From assembly GCA_025558095.1 (NCBI GenBank), contig JAIVFI010000004.1, positions 62,001-126,000 of the forward strand: a stretch of DNA of 64,000 bases, given 5' to 3'. The notes beneath the pieces are model-generated. The model was not told the DNA's origin and did no database searches. It worked only from the letters and a program-made list of their open reading frames with translations. Both the position numbers and the translations under genes were made by a program. Below are positions 9,250 through 21,139 of this stretch, in pieces. This DNA comes from Hyaloraphidium curvatum SAG 235-1. Taxonomy: Eukaryota; Fungi; Monoblepharomycota. How positions within the stretch are numbered: position 1 is the stretch's first letter; each line of letters starts with the position of its first letter.

Positions 9250-11428
9250 TCAAATTTTAGCCTGCATGATCTGGTCCTGGCCGAAGAGCTCCTCCTTGAT
9301 CCTGATGTGAGGAGCCTTCTTGGAGGCGACCTGCGAATAAGAAAGAGATTAGAACGAAAAGAGCACGGAGAATAGGGCTGCAACGCACCTTCTCGATGTC
9401 GGCGATGGTGACGCCGCGGGCCTCTGCAAACGCGCACAACAAGTCAGCCACCACACCCTCGCCACGGCGCATCGAATCAACTAACCAACGGCGGGGTTGT
9501 AGCCGAAGCGCTCCTTCCAGGTCGGGGGAGCGGGGGCGGGGCCGAAGGCCTTCTTGTACAGCGTGCAAACAACAACGCCGCCGAGACCGACCTAGAAAAG
9601 GATCGTAGAATAAGTAGCAAGCGACAAACGAACGATCGACAAGCCCACGTTGTGCTGCAGGGCAAGCTTCGCTCCTTCAACCTGACGAGGGCCCGCCCAG
9701 CCGCGGAGCTGCCAAGAAAGCTCACAACACTCGTAGTGAATTCCGTGTCAGTCCTCCTCTCCCTGAAGTCCGAGCACAAGTCCCACCTGAGCCAGACCGG
9801 TGGCACCGAGCGGGTGCCCCTTGGAGATCAGCCCGCCCGAGCCGTTGATGACCTGGGTGCGCTTGGGGTTCATCCCGGGCTCGCGGACCTTGGGGTGGTG
9901 GCCGGCGCCGGACTTGACCCAGTCGCTCGCCTTGCCGGGCTCGCAGAGCTCGAGGGCGTCGATGGTGATGAGCTCGTTGCCTGAGAAGCAGTCGTGCAGC
10001 TCGATCACGTCAACGTCCGAGGCCTTGATGCCGGCCTCGGCGTAGACCTGCTTGATGGCCTTGCGGGTCATGTCGGCGCCCTGCGGTGGCGTGCAGGTGA
10101 GCTTCCTTGTCCAGCACGAGCAAAACCCAACCATTCAAAACGCACCGCAATCTCCTCCAGGCTCTTGGCGTTGCCTCCGACGGCGAACGGCTTGCCCGAG
10201 TCGGTGGCCATGGCCTGGGCCACGATCTCGACGGCCTGGGCCTCGAGGCCGTGGGCCTTGACGAAGTCCTCGGAGCACACCACGGCGGCGGCTGAGCCGC
10301 ACGAGGGGGGCGAGCAGTGCAGCAGGGTGGCGTTCTTGTAGATCGGGCGGGCCTTGCGAACGTCCTCGAGCGACGAGTGGTGGCGGAACTGTGCGTCGTC
10401 AAGAAAAAGACGGAGACGTTAGCAACGGCTACGGCACGTCCACCACCGCTGTCCACGCACCTGCGAGTAGGGGTTCAGCTGCGAGTGGTTGTGGTTCTTC
10501 GACGCGATGTAGTCCATCGCGGCGTCGTCCTGGCCGTTCTTCTCGCAGTACTCGAGGGCCGCGTTGGTGAAGATCTGCGGGTTCCTGGGCGCCGACGTGA
10601 AGGGCGCGAGCTCGTTCATGATCACTGGGGTGGGGGATCGGCGTCAGTCCCTCTTTCATGCCGTGAGGGGGATGGCGCTGCTCACCCATCTGCTGGTCCA
10701 TGGTCGGGGTGCGCTCGGGGAAGTTGCCCTTGAGGGGACCGGGGTTCATCTTCTCGAAGCCGACAGCGAGGGCGCCTGTGCGCGCAAACAATCATCTTGT
10801 TAGCAAGCAATCGCAACAAGCCGGCCGAGGCACGCACAGTCGTAGAGCCCGCCGGCGACGGCCTGCCGGGCGAGCAGCAGCGCGGTCGAGCCGGTGGCGC
10901 AGGCGTTGGTCGTGTTGATGATGGGGATCTGGGTCGTGCCAAGCTGGTACAGGGCGCGCTGGCCGTAGCACGAGTCGCCGTAGACGTAACCGGCGGTCGC
11001 TGCGGGCGGATGCGCGTCAGACAGTGGAAGCGGAACGAGACGCGGGGAAGTGCCCACCGAACTCGATGTCATCAAAGTTGATGTTGGCGTCGGTGAGGGC
11101 CTTGGTCGCGGCCTCGACGGCGTACTCGGTGTAGTCCTTCTTGGGCTTCAGGCCGGGCTTGTCGAAGGTGGTCTACCAAAGCGAAAGGATGAAGCCTGGC
11201 GGCGACCTGTGGAAAGATACCCAAGCTCACCACTGGAAGGAGAAAGCGTGGTAAGCGACATGAAACATACCCTGGCGACCGCTGAAACTCACTTCCGACC
11301 CCGACGACTGTAGATCCGGGCGAGGGTGGCGGGCGGCGACAGAGGGCATCGGTCAGCCAATTGTCCACCATTAAACGCCTCGAAACAACGCAATACGCAC
11401 CGTAAACCTTCCTGCCGTTCTTGGGCAT
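9250..11428 (-). CDS. SCP2: SCP2-type (SCPx) thiolase, multi-exon, PTS1-like C-terminal AKI
   Basis: [40 protein letters not shown]; last exon ...DQIMQAKI*. Confidence 0.92.
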
Positions 11429-11884
11429 CTTGTCGGGTTCCTGGGGAAGCGAAACGGGTGAGCACCTCCGCGCGGTGGCCAATCCCTGGGGCGTTGCGGC
11501 CACCGCCGACGGAACCCCGACGGCGACCGCCATCCGCCTTCCGAGCAACGCCAAATGCGGGGAAAGCACGCCGGAGCGGCCACATATGCCCCGGGGCGCG
11601 TCGTTCAGCGCGTTCGGCCGATGGGAAACACCGGGCCGAAAAGCGTCCCCCACGCCCGGGGAGATGCCCAGGCGCCCGGGAAGCCCGCCGGCGCTTCGCA
11701 GCCGATGCCAAAAACGCACCTCGGTGTGCTTACGGCGCCGCGAGTCGGTGGTGGCTGCGGGATGTCGTGTCCGCGGATGAATCGATCGCGCCGAGCGAGC
11801 CCTCCCGCCTCCACCTCCGGCGGACCGTGCGGAAACCGGCGACGCAAACATTGTTGCTCCACATCCTGTCTCATCGCAGAAGCC

Positions 11885-12620
11885 ATGGCGTCCGTTCCGC
11901 CCCTGACGCGGGCCGAGATCGCGTTCGGCTTCGTGGAGCCCCTGCTCACGCTCCTCGGCGCCGCCTCCCTCGTCGTCCGCCCCGGAAACTATGTCGCGGA
12001 CTCGATGTACCCCGTGAAGCTGCCCAAGAAGGCCGCGGCAGACGAAGTGGACGGCTTTGAGATCGAAGCCCTCAATCGGAGCAGGGCTTTGGCCCTCGTG
12101 GCGCGCTATTCCGGTGAGGAGGAGCTCCGTATCTTGGAATATCCGATGTTTGACACCTTGTCTTCCCCTCTCGGTACCGACGCCCTGTCAAACTTCTTTC
12201 GACTCGCCTTCGGATTCCGCCTAATTATACCGCCTCATCACCGTGACGACGCTAGGATTCCTGATGGCACCGTTTTCCGCGATGCTCTATCTCGTCTGGG
12301 CACATCCCACACTCCGCACCAACCTTGCGCCTGCTAAACTTTTCGAGATCCGGAAGCTCTCGTTCGTGCCGATCATCCTCTCGGAGGTCGCCATCATCGG
12401 ACAGACCATCCAGGTCGGACTCGCGCGGTACCGCGAAGTGGCGGCCGCGATCGCGGAGGAAGAGCCGGCGACGCCCGTGGAGCCCCCCAGCAAAGCGGCT
12501 CCGAAGAAGGTGCCGTCGTCGAGGTTCAGGTGGAACGAGGGCGCGATCGCGACGCACGTGGGCTTCATGAGCGCCCTGATCGCGCTGCGCGTCGCGTACA
12601 TACGCGGCTGGTTCAAGTGA
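11885..12620 (+). CDS. Small multi-pass membrane protein, 2 exons
   Basis: FGFVEPLLTLLGA exon, GTGAGG donor near 12114, hydrophobic second exon ending RVAYIRGWFK*; head-to-head with thiolase. Confidence 0.6.
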
Positions 12621-12765
12621 GGGTTTTGTTTCTGTTTCGAGATAGATTTAGCTAGCTAGAGTCAACTAATGCGAGTAGAGCGGGCCGACACTATGAAGAG
12701 CGTCCGGGCCAGAGGTTGATTGTCGCCCACCGTCTCCCGAGTCCTTCCCCACGACCAGAAGCGTA

Positions 12766-13821
12766 ATGGCCAACAGGGCGTGGCTACATCCCCCTGGATC
12801 GACTTCCGATGGCCCACCAGAGGCCGATTCCTCGCTGCGGCTCCGCGTTCTGCAGTGGAACATCCTCGCGGACGGCCTCGCGCAGCACGGCAGCTTCGCG
12901 TTCTTCGAACCCCCTGGAACCTCCGAACGCGCCGAATCCGACCGCTCCGGGGCCAGGAACGCGTCGGATGATACCGACGAATGGAATCCGTTGCGGAAGT
13001 ACCCAGCAAAGCTCCTGGAGTGGCCGCACCGCGGCCCTCTCGTAGTTTACGGGCTATTGACGGACCCACCTGCCGACTTCCTAGCACTAATGGAGGTCAA
13101 CCAGTTCCCGTACATGCAAGACGCGCTCTCTCCACACGGCTACGAGGGCGTTTTTCGGCCGAAACCCCACGCCGCGGCCGGGGATTTCGGGTTCGCCCCC
13201 GACGGCGTGGCCCTGTTCTGGAACGCGCGGCGCTGGGAGGCCGAAGCGACGGGCTCGCGGAACTTTGACGGCGGAAACGCGAATCAGCTCCTCCTCCACG
13301 GCATTTTCAGGGAGAAGGGGGGGTCCGCGAGGGTGTTGGTCGCGGGAACTCACTTCAAGGCGAAGACCGGGGCAGCGAACGACGCGACCCGGCTGCGGCA
13401 CGCCCGCGAAACGTTGGCGATTCTGTCGGAGCTCTCTGCCCAGCATCCGGGAATGCCAGTGGTTCTTGCCGGGGACCTGAACACGGCTCCGGATTCCGAG
13501 GCTGTGCGGACGCTTGGGGAGGTCTTTGACCCTGTCGCGCCGTTCGCGGAGGACTCCAACGGCTACTGGACGACCTGGAAGTCGCGGACCAAGGACGGTG
13601 GCGGCTACGAGCACGTGAAGCGGACAATCGACTACATCCTTCTGAGTAGCTCGGATCGGCTAGCTGGGAGGTCCGACCCGGGGACCGGCACGTGGACCGT
13701 GGTGGACAGATGGATTCCGCTGGACGAGCAGGCGATCGGGGAAAGGGGCTTGCCGTGCGATTGGTACCCGAGCGACCACATTGGTTGCTGCGCGGACTTG
13801 ACTTTCGGGCGGCAGCCTTGA
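12766..13821 (+). CDS. NOCT: Nocturnin-like EEP-family phosphatase
   Basis: LRVLQWNILADGL, ALMEV, DGVALF, THFKA, GDLN, WTTWK, TIDYI, YPSDH. Confidence 0.85.
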   Translation: MANRAWLHPPGSTSDGPPEADSSLRLRVLQWNILADGLAQHGSFAFFEPPGTSERAESDRSGARNASDDTDEWNPLRKYPAKLLEWPHRGPLVVYGLLTDPPADFLALMEVNQFPYMQDALSPHGYEGVFRPKPHAAAGDFGFAPDGVALFWNARRWEAEATGSRNFDGGNANQLLLHGIFREKGGSARVLVAGTHFKAKTGAANDATRLRHARETLAILSELSAQHPGMPVVLAGDLNTAPDSEAVRTLGEVFDPVAPFAEDSNGYWTTWKSRTKDGGGYEHVKRTIDYILLSSSDRLAGRSDPGTGTWTVVDRWIPLDEQAIGERGLPCDWYPSDHIGCCADLTFGRQP

Positions 13822-13911
13822 CGAAGGATTAAGTACATTCAACGGTTGCAGTACAAAGCATTGACCAATTTAATGGTACAGGCGAAGTCACGCGAAAGCG
13901 ATACTCGTTCT

Positions 13912-16225
13912 TCACCGATCCGACCACTGCGCGCTGTAGACGGCTGTTTTCGGATCTTCCTTCAGCCACGGCTCCATCCGCTCGCGGATCTCAAAGAACA
14001 TAGGCCGTTTCGATCGCTCCTGGTGCCAGCAGTCTTCGATGAGCTGCCAGTGTCTCTCATCCACGGCGACGCTGTTCGGACGAGGCGGTCGCACGCCGTT
14101 AACGACAGCGTTCATGACCTGCAGGGCGCGACATGTCAGTGGTCTTTCTTCCGCCCTCCGTCGATGCTCTACCAACCTGCAGGGCCGAGCCGCCCCTAAA
14201 GGGAATCTTGCCTTGGCTGACGACCTCGTACAGCATCATAGCGAAGGCGTAGACATCTGCGCCTCTTCCCATGATGCCTGAGATGGGCGGCTCGGTCAAT
14301 TCAAGCGATCGTCTCCTCAATCTGGACTCTACCTTCGTACACTTCGGGCGCCATGTACCCGTGCGTACCGCCGTACCCATTTCCTGCGACGGTGGTCACC
14401 CGCTGCCGTACTTTTGACATGCCGAAGTCGGTGATCTTGGCGATGCCGTTGTCTTGATTGGGCGTGCGGGTCAGAGGAGCCAAAGTCAACGTTCCCGTTG
14501 TCCTTACCAATCAGGACGTTTGGAGGTTTGAGGTCAAGATGGACTCTAGAGATGGCAACGTCAGCATGGGTCAGCGCTTCTAAAACCCGGATCACGAACA
14601 TGTTGTTGCTGTGGAGGAAGGTCATCCCGTGCGTGACGTGGACCAGATATTTGAGACCGGTGGACAGACTCCACTTGAGCTTCGTCAAGCTCTCGCGCAT
14701 GTTGCCGTCGACCGCCAGCTCAGAAACCATCATCGGCGGATCTTCGCAAAAGGCCATGAGGGGAAGAACTGGAAGTGGGAGTGAGGATGCTAGCCCGCGA
14801 CAAACTCGACAGACAACGCACTATTCTTCTGCACAAGCCCGTCCCAGACGGCGATCTCGGCCGCGAAATCCTTCATCGCCTTCGGGTTCGCGTCCTTCAG
14901 GACCTTGATTGCGACACGGTTGTACTTCTTGAACGTTCCAGAATAAACGACCCCGAATCCACCCTCCCCCAGGGGTTTCTTGGTCTTGTCATAGTCGATG
15001 TCACTGGCCGAAACGCGAAGCTTGGAAATGACTGCAGCAGGAGTCATCCGCTCGGGCAGTTTCTCGTCCTCATCCGAGCCAAAGGATCTGCCGCTGACGT
15101 CCGGAACACTATTACCGTCGGAACCAGTGCTGGCAGACATCCTTTTGGACACGTTGTCCTCAGCGATCTTGGCCCACTTGCTCTTCCGGGACTCTGCTGC
15201 AGTCACGATCGGGGTCGACACAGCAGCGGTGGAGGAGGTGGTGGCCGTGTTTGCCTCCGCAAGTCGCCGGAACCTGCTCGTTTTCTGGCTTTCTCCGCTC
15301 AACGTCCGCTCCGTGGCGATCGACACCGGGGTGTAGGGAGATCGCGGCGAACTTCCTTCGCCGAGACTGCTGGTGGAAGCCGATTTCGAGCTCAGGTTCC
15401 GTGGCGGGACATTAAAGCCGTTGATGCCTGGTGAAGGCGACGCGGCAACGGGAGAGTTCTGCATTGGTGGGAGGGAGGCAGCACGATCTGCAACGCTGGC
15501 GGCAGTTCGTGGAGGGGGCGGAGAGAAAGGAGGCGGAGAGAGAGGAGGGGAGAGAGGCATCCGTAGAGGCGCGTGTCCAGGAGTATGATCCGGCTCGCGC
15601 TCCAAAGTCAGCTGCCGCATCATCTGCGGGAGTCGCGAGTCCTCGTGTGGCACCCCGGTCCCGAACTTGAGCATCCGGTTCACGGCATCCTCGACGAGCT
15701 TCCGTGTGGCCGCGTTCCCGGCTTGGCTCGGAGGCTTTCCCCGCAGGCTCGGAATCGTCGGGTTAACGAGCTCCCCGTGCGAAAGGAGGAGCTCGATGGT
15801 GGACGTCCGGTTGTACCAGCAAGCTAGCCAGAATCCCGTTCTGGTTGGTGAGGCGAGTCAATGTGGCGCCATCTGACTGCGTTCCGCAGATGACATAACC
15901 TTCCGAGATAGTTGCGCTTGTCGAAGTTCGTCCTGCCGTCCTTCAGGAGCAGCTCCACGACGGGGGAGTGTCCCTCTTGGCACGCCAACATGAACGCGTT
16001 CTCCCCATTGTCGTTGGTGACGTTGACGTCCACGCGAGCGTCGCCCAGCAGCAGCAAGACGATGTCGAGGCGGGCCTTTTCGGCCGCGACCATCAGGCCG
16101 CTCCGGTCCGAGACCTGGTTCGGGTCGAATGAGGGATCCGCAAGGAAGTGCCTCGCTTCGGCCAGGTTGCCCTCGCGGCACGCAATCCTAAACTTGGAGC
16201 CCTTCGTGAAGCCCAGCTCGTTCAT
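13912..16225 (-). CDS. Ankyrin-repeat tyrosine-kinase-like (TKL) protein kinase, multi-exon
   Basis: ~3 ankyrin repeats, Ser/Pro linker, LGEGGFGVV, VAIK, HLDLKPPN, DFG, GTHGYMAPE, DVYAFA. Confidence 0.9.
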
Positions 16226-16431
16226 TTTCGCGGGAATCTGTCGTTCTGAAGTCGAGATTCCGAGACTTTATGTGCCCTTCGGGGGCCTTTGCGCCGGTCA
16301 CAGTTTTTTTGCCTGTGGCTGGGGCCGACGCCATCGCGCGCCATGTCGAAGCCAAATTGAACCCCCTTCCTGGCACCCTTTCCTGCTCCAACTCAGTTCG
16401 GGCGCCCCTCCTCTGTGCCTCCGATTGCACC

Positions 16432-17942
16432 ATGATCCTAGCCATTGTCGCCCTGGCGCTTGCGAGCACGATTCTCGGCGCCGAAGCAGGTCCCTTGATC
16501 CCCCGTCAGAATCTGGGGAACGCAGCTATCTCCGCTCCTTCTTTCTGTGAGTGCCTGTCAGGTCCTGTGCTTGCTTGTCGACGTTCGCGGACCGCCTGCC
16601 GGCCCTCCTGGCGCTCGTAACCCCCCGCGCCGTCGTCCCGGGGTCGATCAGTGGATACTGATCAACTCTCCGCAGGCACCTACTCCAACGCCGACAAGGA
16701 CTTCTTCGTGGCCGCTCGCACCGCCGACGGAAACGGCGTCGGATGCCTTGGGGAGGTCGTGAACAGCGGAAAGTGCGGCTGGTTCCGGGACGACAAGTGC
16801 CAGGGCGTCAAGACGCAAGAACCAACGGCGGTGCCGCGAATCATCGCCGTCGTCTGCCCTTCGACCGGAGGCCCCGGCTGGTGTGAGGATGCTCGCGCCG
16901 CGATCGCTCAAGGCAACGGCGTCCGGTACCCGGTTCCGCGTTCTTCTTTGCCTCCGGTTGAGTGCACCAAGTCCGACTTTGACAACGGCTATCTCATGGC
17001 TTCATCGAGCTCGGTCCCGCGCTCCGCTGCCGGTGGCTTCCTAAACGGTTGCCTCGGAGGAGGAGTGGATTCGGACGGAAGGTGCTCGTGGTACAAGGAC
17101 AGCGGCTGCAGCCAGCTCACCAACGATTCGACCACGCCCATCGCCAACGTCATCGGACAATACTGCTTCGAAGAGGGGCAGGAATCGTACTCCACGTCCC
17201 CGCGCTGGTGCCTCAACGTCAACAGGGCCATCGCGGACGGGCCGCCTCCGCCGCCCGGTCTTTCCATCGGCGCCATCATCGGGATCGTGGTCGGAGTCGT
17301 GGCCTTGATCGGAATCGTGGCCGGTTTCTTCCTTTGGCGCCGGTACAAGAAACGGACGGTTGCGCAGCTCGACCAGGAGGCGGAGGCTGCCAAGAGGTCG
17401 AACACCGCGGCCGCCGAGATGAAGAAAGCCCCCACAACCGCTGCGGCCGAAGCCGACTGGAGCGTCAACCCCATGATGCCGCCCGCTCCAGGTCTGGGGA
17501 ACACTTCATCTCCTGTGCCGTCGATGCAGGTGGACAGCCCACCGCCCCCGTACGTGCAGAACGTGCCTGTTACGGCGGCAGCAGCCTCTGTTCGCCAGCC
17601 AGCGAGGTCAAGGTGCTATCTGCACTTCAAGCCCACGGACACTCGCTGCGACCGCGAAGCTCGCTTCATCCTTACCTTCGATTCCGAAGCCATGAAGTTT
17701 TGTGGTGAACACGTGAGCTAGCGCGCGCGCCACGAGATTGATCGCCGCTGACTCTACACCGCCGTTACCAGTGCCATTGGTGCGGCCGGAAGCCGGCCAC
17801 CCGAGACGGAAAGAGCCTACCTTTCTGCGCCGATCACGCTCCCATCGCCCACACAGGCTTTACCCTTTACGATGACGAAGCCGACGGCGAGAGAGTGGAC
17901 GACGTCCCGATCGATGCCAACAGCCCGATCGTTCGGATCTGA
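16432..17942 (+). CDS. Single-pass type I membrane (receptor-like) protein: signal peptide, two Cys-rich ectodomain repeats, TM, cytosolic Cys/His cluster
   Basis: MILAIVALALASTILGAEA; introns 16547-16675 and ~17713-17771; TM IGAIIGIVVGVVALIGIVAGFFLW-RRYKKR; tail RCYLH..RC..FCGEHCHWC..FCADH. Confidence 0.75.
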
Positions 17943-18006
17943 TCCATGCCAACGGCATTGTTAGAATGTGTCTCGCGCCTCGTGTCGTGATAGGAACTGT
18001 ATTGAG

Positions 18007-19701
18007 CTATTTTGAAGACCGCCCGATCGCCGCGAGCTGCTCCCCCGCCCCCGGCGAGCTCTTCCACGGCTCCATCCCCAGCCTGTACCCCGTCCCCCGC
18101 AGCGCGACCAAAAGCAGCCCCAGGTACGCCGCCACGTTGACCGCCGCCAGTATCGTCCACAGCCACCCAGGCCCCACGGCCGCCTGCAGCGGCGCGACGA
18201 CCAGCGGCCCGATCCCCGCGAGGGTGTACCGCAGCACGTTTGCGCTGGCGATGATGGACGACGCCGAGCCGGGGAAGATCTGGATGAGGAAGGCGCTGCT
18301 GGCGGTCGAGAAGCCCATGATGCCGATGCCGAGCACGACGGCGCCCGCGGCCGAGGCGGGCCAGCCGGTGGCGAATGCCAGGGTCCAGCCGAGGAGCAGG
18401 CTGCCGGCGACGAGCACGAAGATGGCGGGGATCGTGGCACGGAGGCGGTCCTCGGGGACGATGACGCCGCCGCGGCGCTGCTTCCACAGGCGGTACGTCC
18501 GGTCCGAATAACGCCCCGAGGCGTAGGTGCCGGCAAGCATGCCGACGCCGGCGGTGAGCTGCACGAACCCGGCTTGGGCCGTCGAAAAGCCGTCTGCGTG
18601 CCGTCAGGGCCGTCAGCAAACACATCCACTGGGCACTAAGCAGCACTCACAGATGGTGGGAAAATCCCGTGGAATAGTAACGCTCATCGTGTACAGCTCC
18701 ATGAACGACAGGGCCATCACCAGCACGTTCGATATCACAAACGGGTATCTGTTGTACCCCAAGCTGACCAGCGGCCGCAGCAGCGCATCGCGGGCCCGCG
18801 TCCGGCCCTTCTTGGCCCCGGTCTCGGGCAGGAAAACCGCCGAGGGCACGAACCACGCCAGCCCCAGCGCGGCGGCAAACACGAAGCAGTACCTCCACGA
18901 CGACGCCTCGGTTATCAGCCCTCCAAAGGCCGGGCCGATGGTCGTCCCGGTCGTGAAGCCGAGGTAGAAGATTCCCAAGGCGTTGCTCAGCTGTCCGCCT
19001 CCGTACAGGTCGGCGATCGTCCCCGACCCGGTCGAGAGGGCGGCGCTGGCTGCGGCCTGCTGCACGATCCTCACCACGAAAAAGACGGCGATGTTGGGGA
19101 CAAAGTACCCCGCGGCGGAGGCGAGAACAAAGATGGGCCCGGCGACGAGGAAGGTCCTGCGGCGGCCGAGGGTGTCGGAGAGGGCGGACCACAGCAGCGG
19201 AACGATGCCGTTGACGGCCGTGGCGACGGCGACGGAGGCATTGACGGCCTGCTGGGAGGTCGAGAGGTCCGCCTGGACGAGAGGGAGGGCGGGAAGGAGA
19301 ACGGTGGAGGATGTGTTGCCGACGAAGCCCCACAGGGTCAGGAGGGCCAGGATTCCGGCCTTGCGCGTCCGCGAGTACTCCGTCTGCGGTAGTTCCGGCG
19401 GCGTTTCGGGGGTTTCCTTCGATTCGGAGGCCCTGCCATTGGCAGAGGTCGCTCCGTTGGCAAGGGAGAGGACTTCCGAATGTCCGTCTGTCCGCTCGCC
19501 GAATCCCGGCTCAGAGATACCGGAATCTCGTCCAGGAGCACTCGCACGACGCAAAACCTCGGAGTCCGCGTCCGTTGGTCCCTCCTTCCCCGGGTGCGAA
19601 TGGGCTGCCGCTCCGGCGTCTCCCACGTCCCCGCACGCCGTCGTCCCCGAGAGCGCGCTCGAAAGGCTGCCGTCGGGTTCTGCGTCCGCAGAGTCGTGCA
19701 T
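18007..19701 (-). CDS. MFS drug:H+ antiporter (DHA1), one intron near 18595-18655
   Basis: LSDTLGRRR motif A, GTIADLY, GTTIGPAFGG, PEDRL. Confidence 0.9.
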
Positions 19702-19887
19702 GTCATTCTTCGGCCGAGTGGAGGACCGGATCCGGTGTGCCCTCGGCTCGGGGGACTGGTCTGGTGCGGACCGGCCAGATGCCAGACACCGACTAGGAGA
19801 TCCGACACTCCACCTCCAGCATGACTCGAAGTAGTAGCTTCATTACGTCCTTTCCAATAACGTATACCCTCCGATTCAGTCTATCGC

Positions 19888-20932
19888 CTAGGCCACGCGG
19901 TTCGCCTGGCAGGACAAGCTCCGTCAGCCCAGGGACCCCCGGGCACACCGGCAGCCGGAAACCCACCGGGTGGATCTTGATCTCGTTCAAGCCCGCGCCC
20001 TGCACGCCGACCACCTCGAGCGGCTTGCCGTCGGGTCCGATGGCCTTGATCACGCCCTCGTTCATCTCCACCTTGGAGCCCTGGGGGACCTGCACGACGA
20101 CGTTGGGGGCCATCTTGAGGCGGAGGTCGTGGAGCTGCGGGGCGCGAATGTTCGCGGGGCAAGCAGAGGAAGTGGGCGGGGCGGGGCGGATGAAGGCGGG
20201 CGGATGATGGGAGCGGCACCGACACGGTCGCGTGAAGGGCGGATGGTCAGATAGGGCATCGGGGTAGCGGCCCGGCACGGCCCACGCACCGGGCATCCCC
20301 TGCACATCAGGCACAGCAGCAGCGTGCTCAGCAGCAGCATCAGGATGGCCGAGAGCACGATGAGCGCAATCTCCCAGGAGGCCAGGCCGGTGCTCGAGGG
20401 GGTGAAGTACGCGCCGACAAAGGCGGGCGCGATGGGGCACAGCGCGGGGAAGCGCAGACGGCAGCCGGTGGGGTTGCAGTCGCCCTCGTTGGCGACGGTC
20501 AGGATGACGGTGCGGAGGTCGCTGCCGCACGCGGCCTGGGAGGTCTGGTTGGTCTGCGCGGGGAAAGGGTCAGCGCCTCTGTCGCCCCGCCATCTCCCCG
20601 CGATCGTACGGGGCAGCACGTGCACGTCTGTCGGCGCGGAGGCGGTGCGAATCGCGGATCGAGAGGTTAAGGGCGGGGGCGGAAGCGGTCAGCGAGGGAC
20701 CATCCGTGCGGCGGCCGCACCCACGCAGGTGGCGGCCTTCCACTGGCCCTGCGGTGCGAAACGGCACCGTGCGGAGCGGGCGGCGGCGGGATGCGGCGCG
20801 GGGCGGGTGCGAAGGCGGGCGGTTAGAGGGGAGGGGGACCGCGGGCGGCGCGCGCACCTGCGCGTCGGCGCCGGTCGCGGAGAGCACGACGAGCGCCGCG
20901 GCGAGCAGCATAATCAGCGTGGGGCCCCGCAT
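19888..20932 (-). CDS. Small single-pass membrane protein with signal peptide and Cys-containing ectodomain, multi-exon
   Basis: MRGPTLIMLLAAALVVLSATGADAQ; TM WEIALIVLSAILMLLLSTLLLCLMC; final exon ANRVA*. Confidence 0.6.
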
Positions 20933-21139
20933 CGCGGCGAGGGGCGGCGCGGGCGTGTGGGGCAGCGGCCGGGGAGGAAGCGGGACGGGAATCCGCACGG
21001 TTGGCTGGACCCTGACCTCGAACCAGTCCCCCGAGCAAGTCGTGGGCAGCCGAGCACCGACATCAGTTACGGCCGTCTAGTTGAAGAATCTATGGCCCCG
21101 ACAACGGGCCCATCGCCCATCGGCCAAAGAGTCGGCCGA

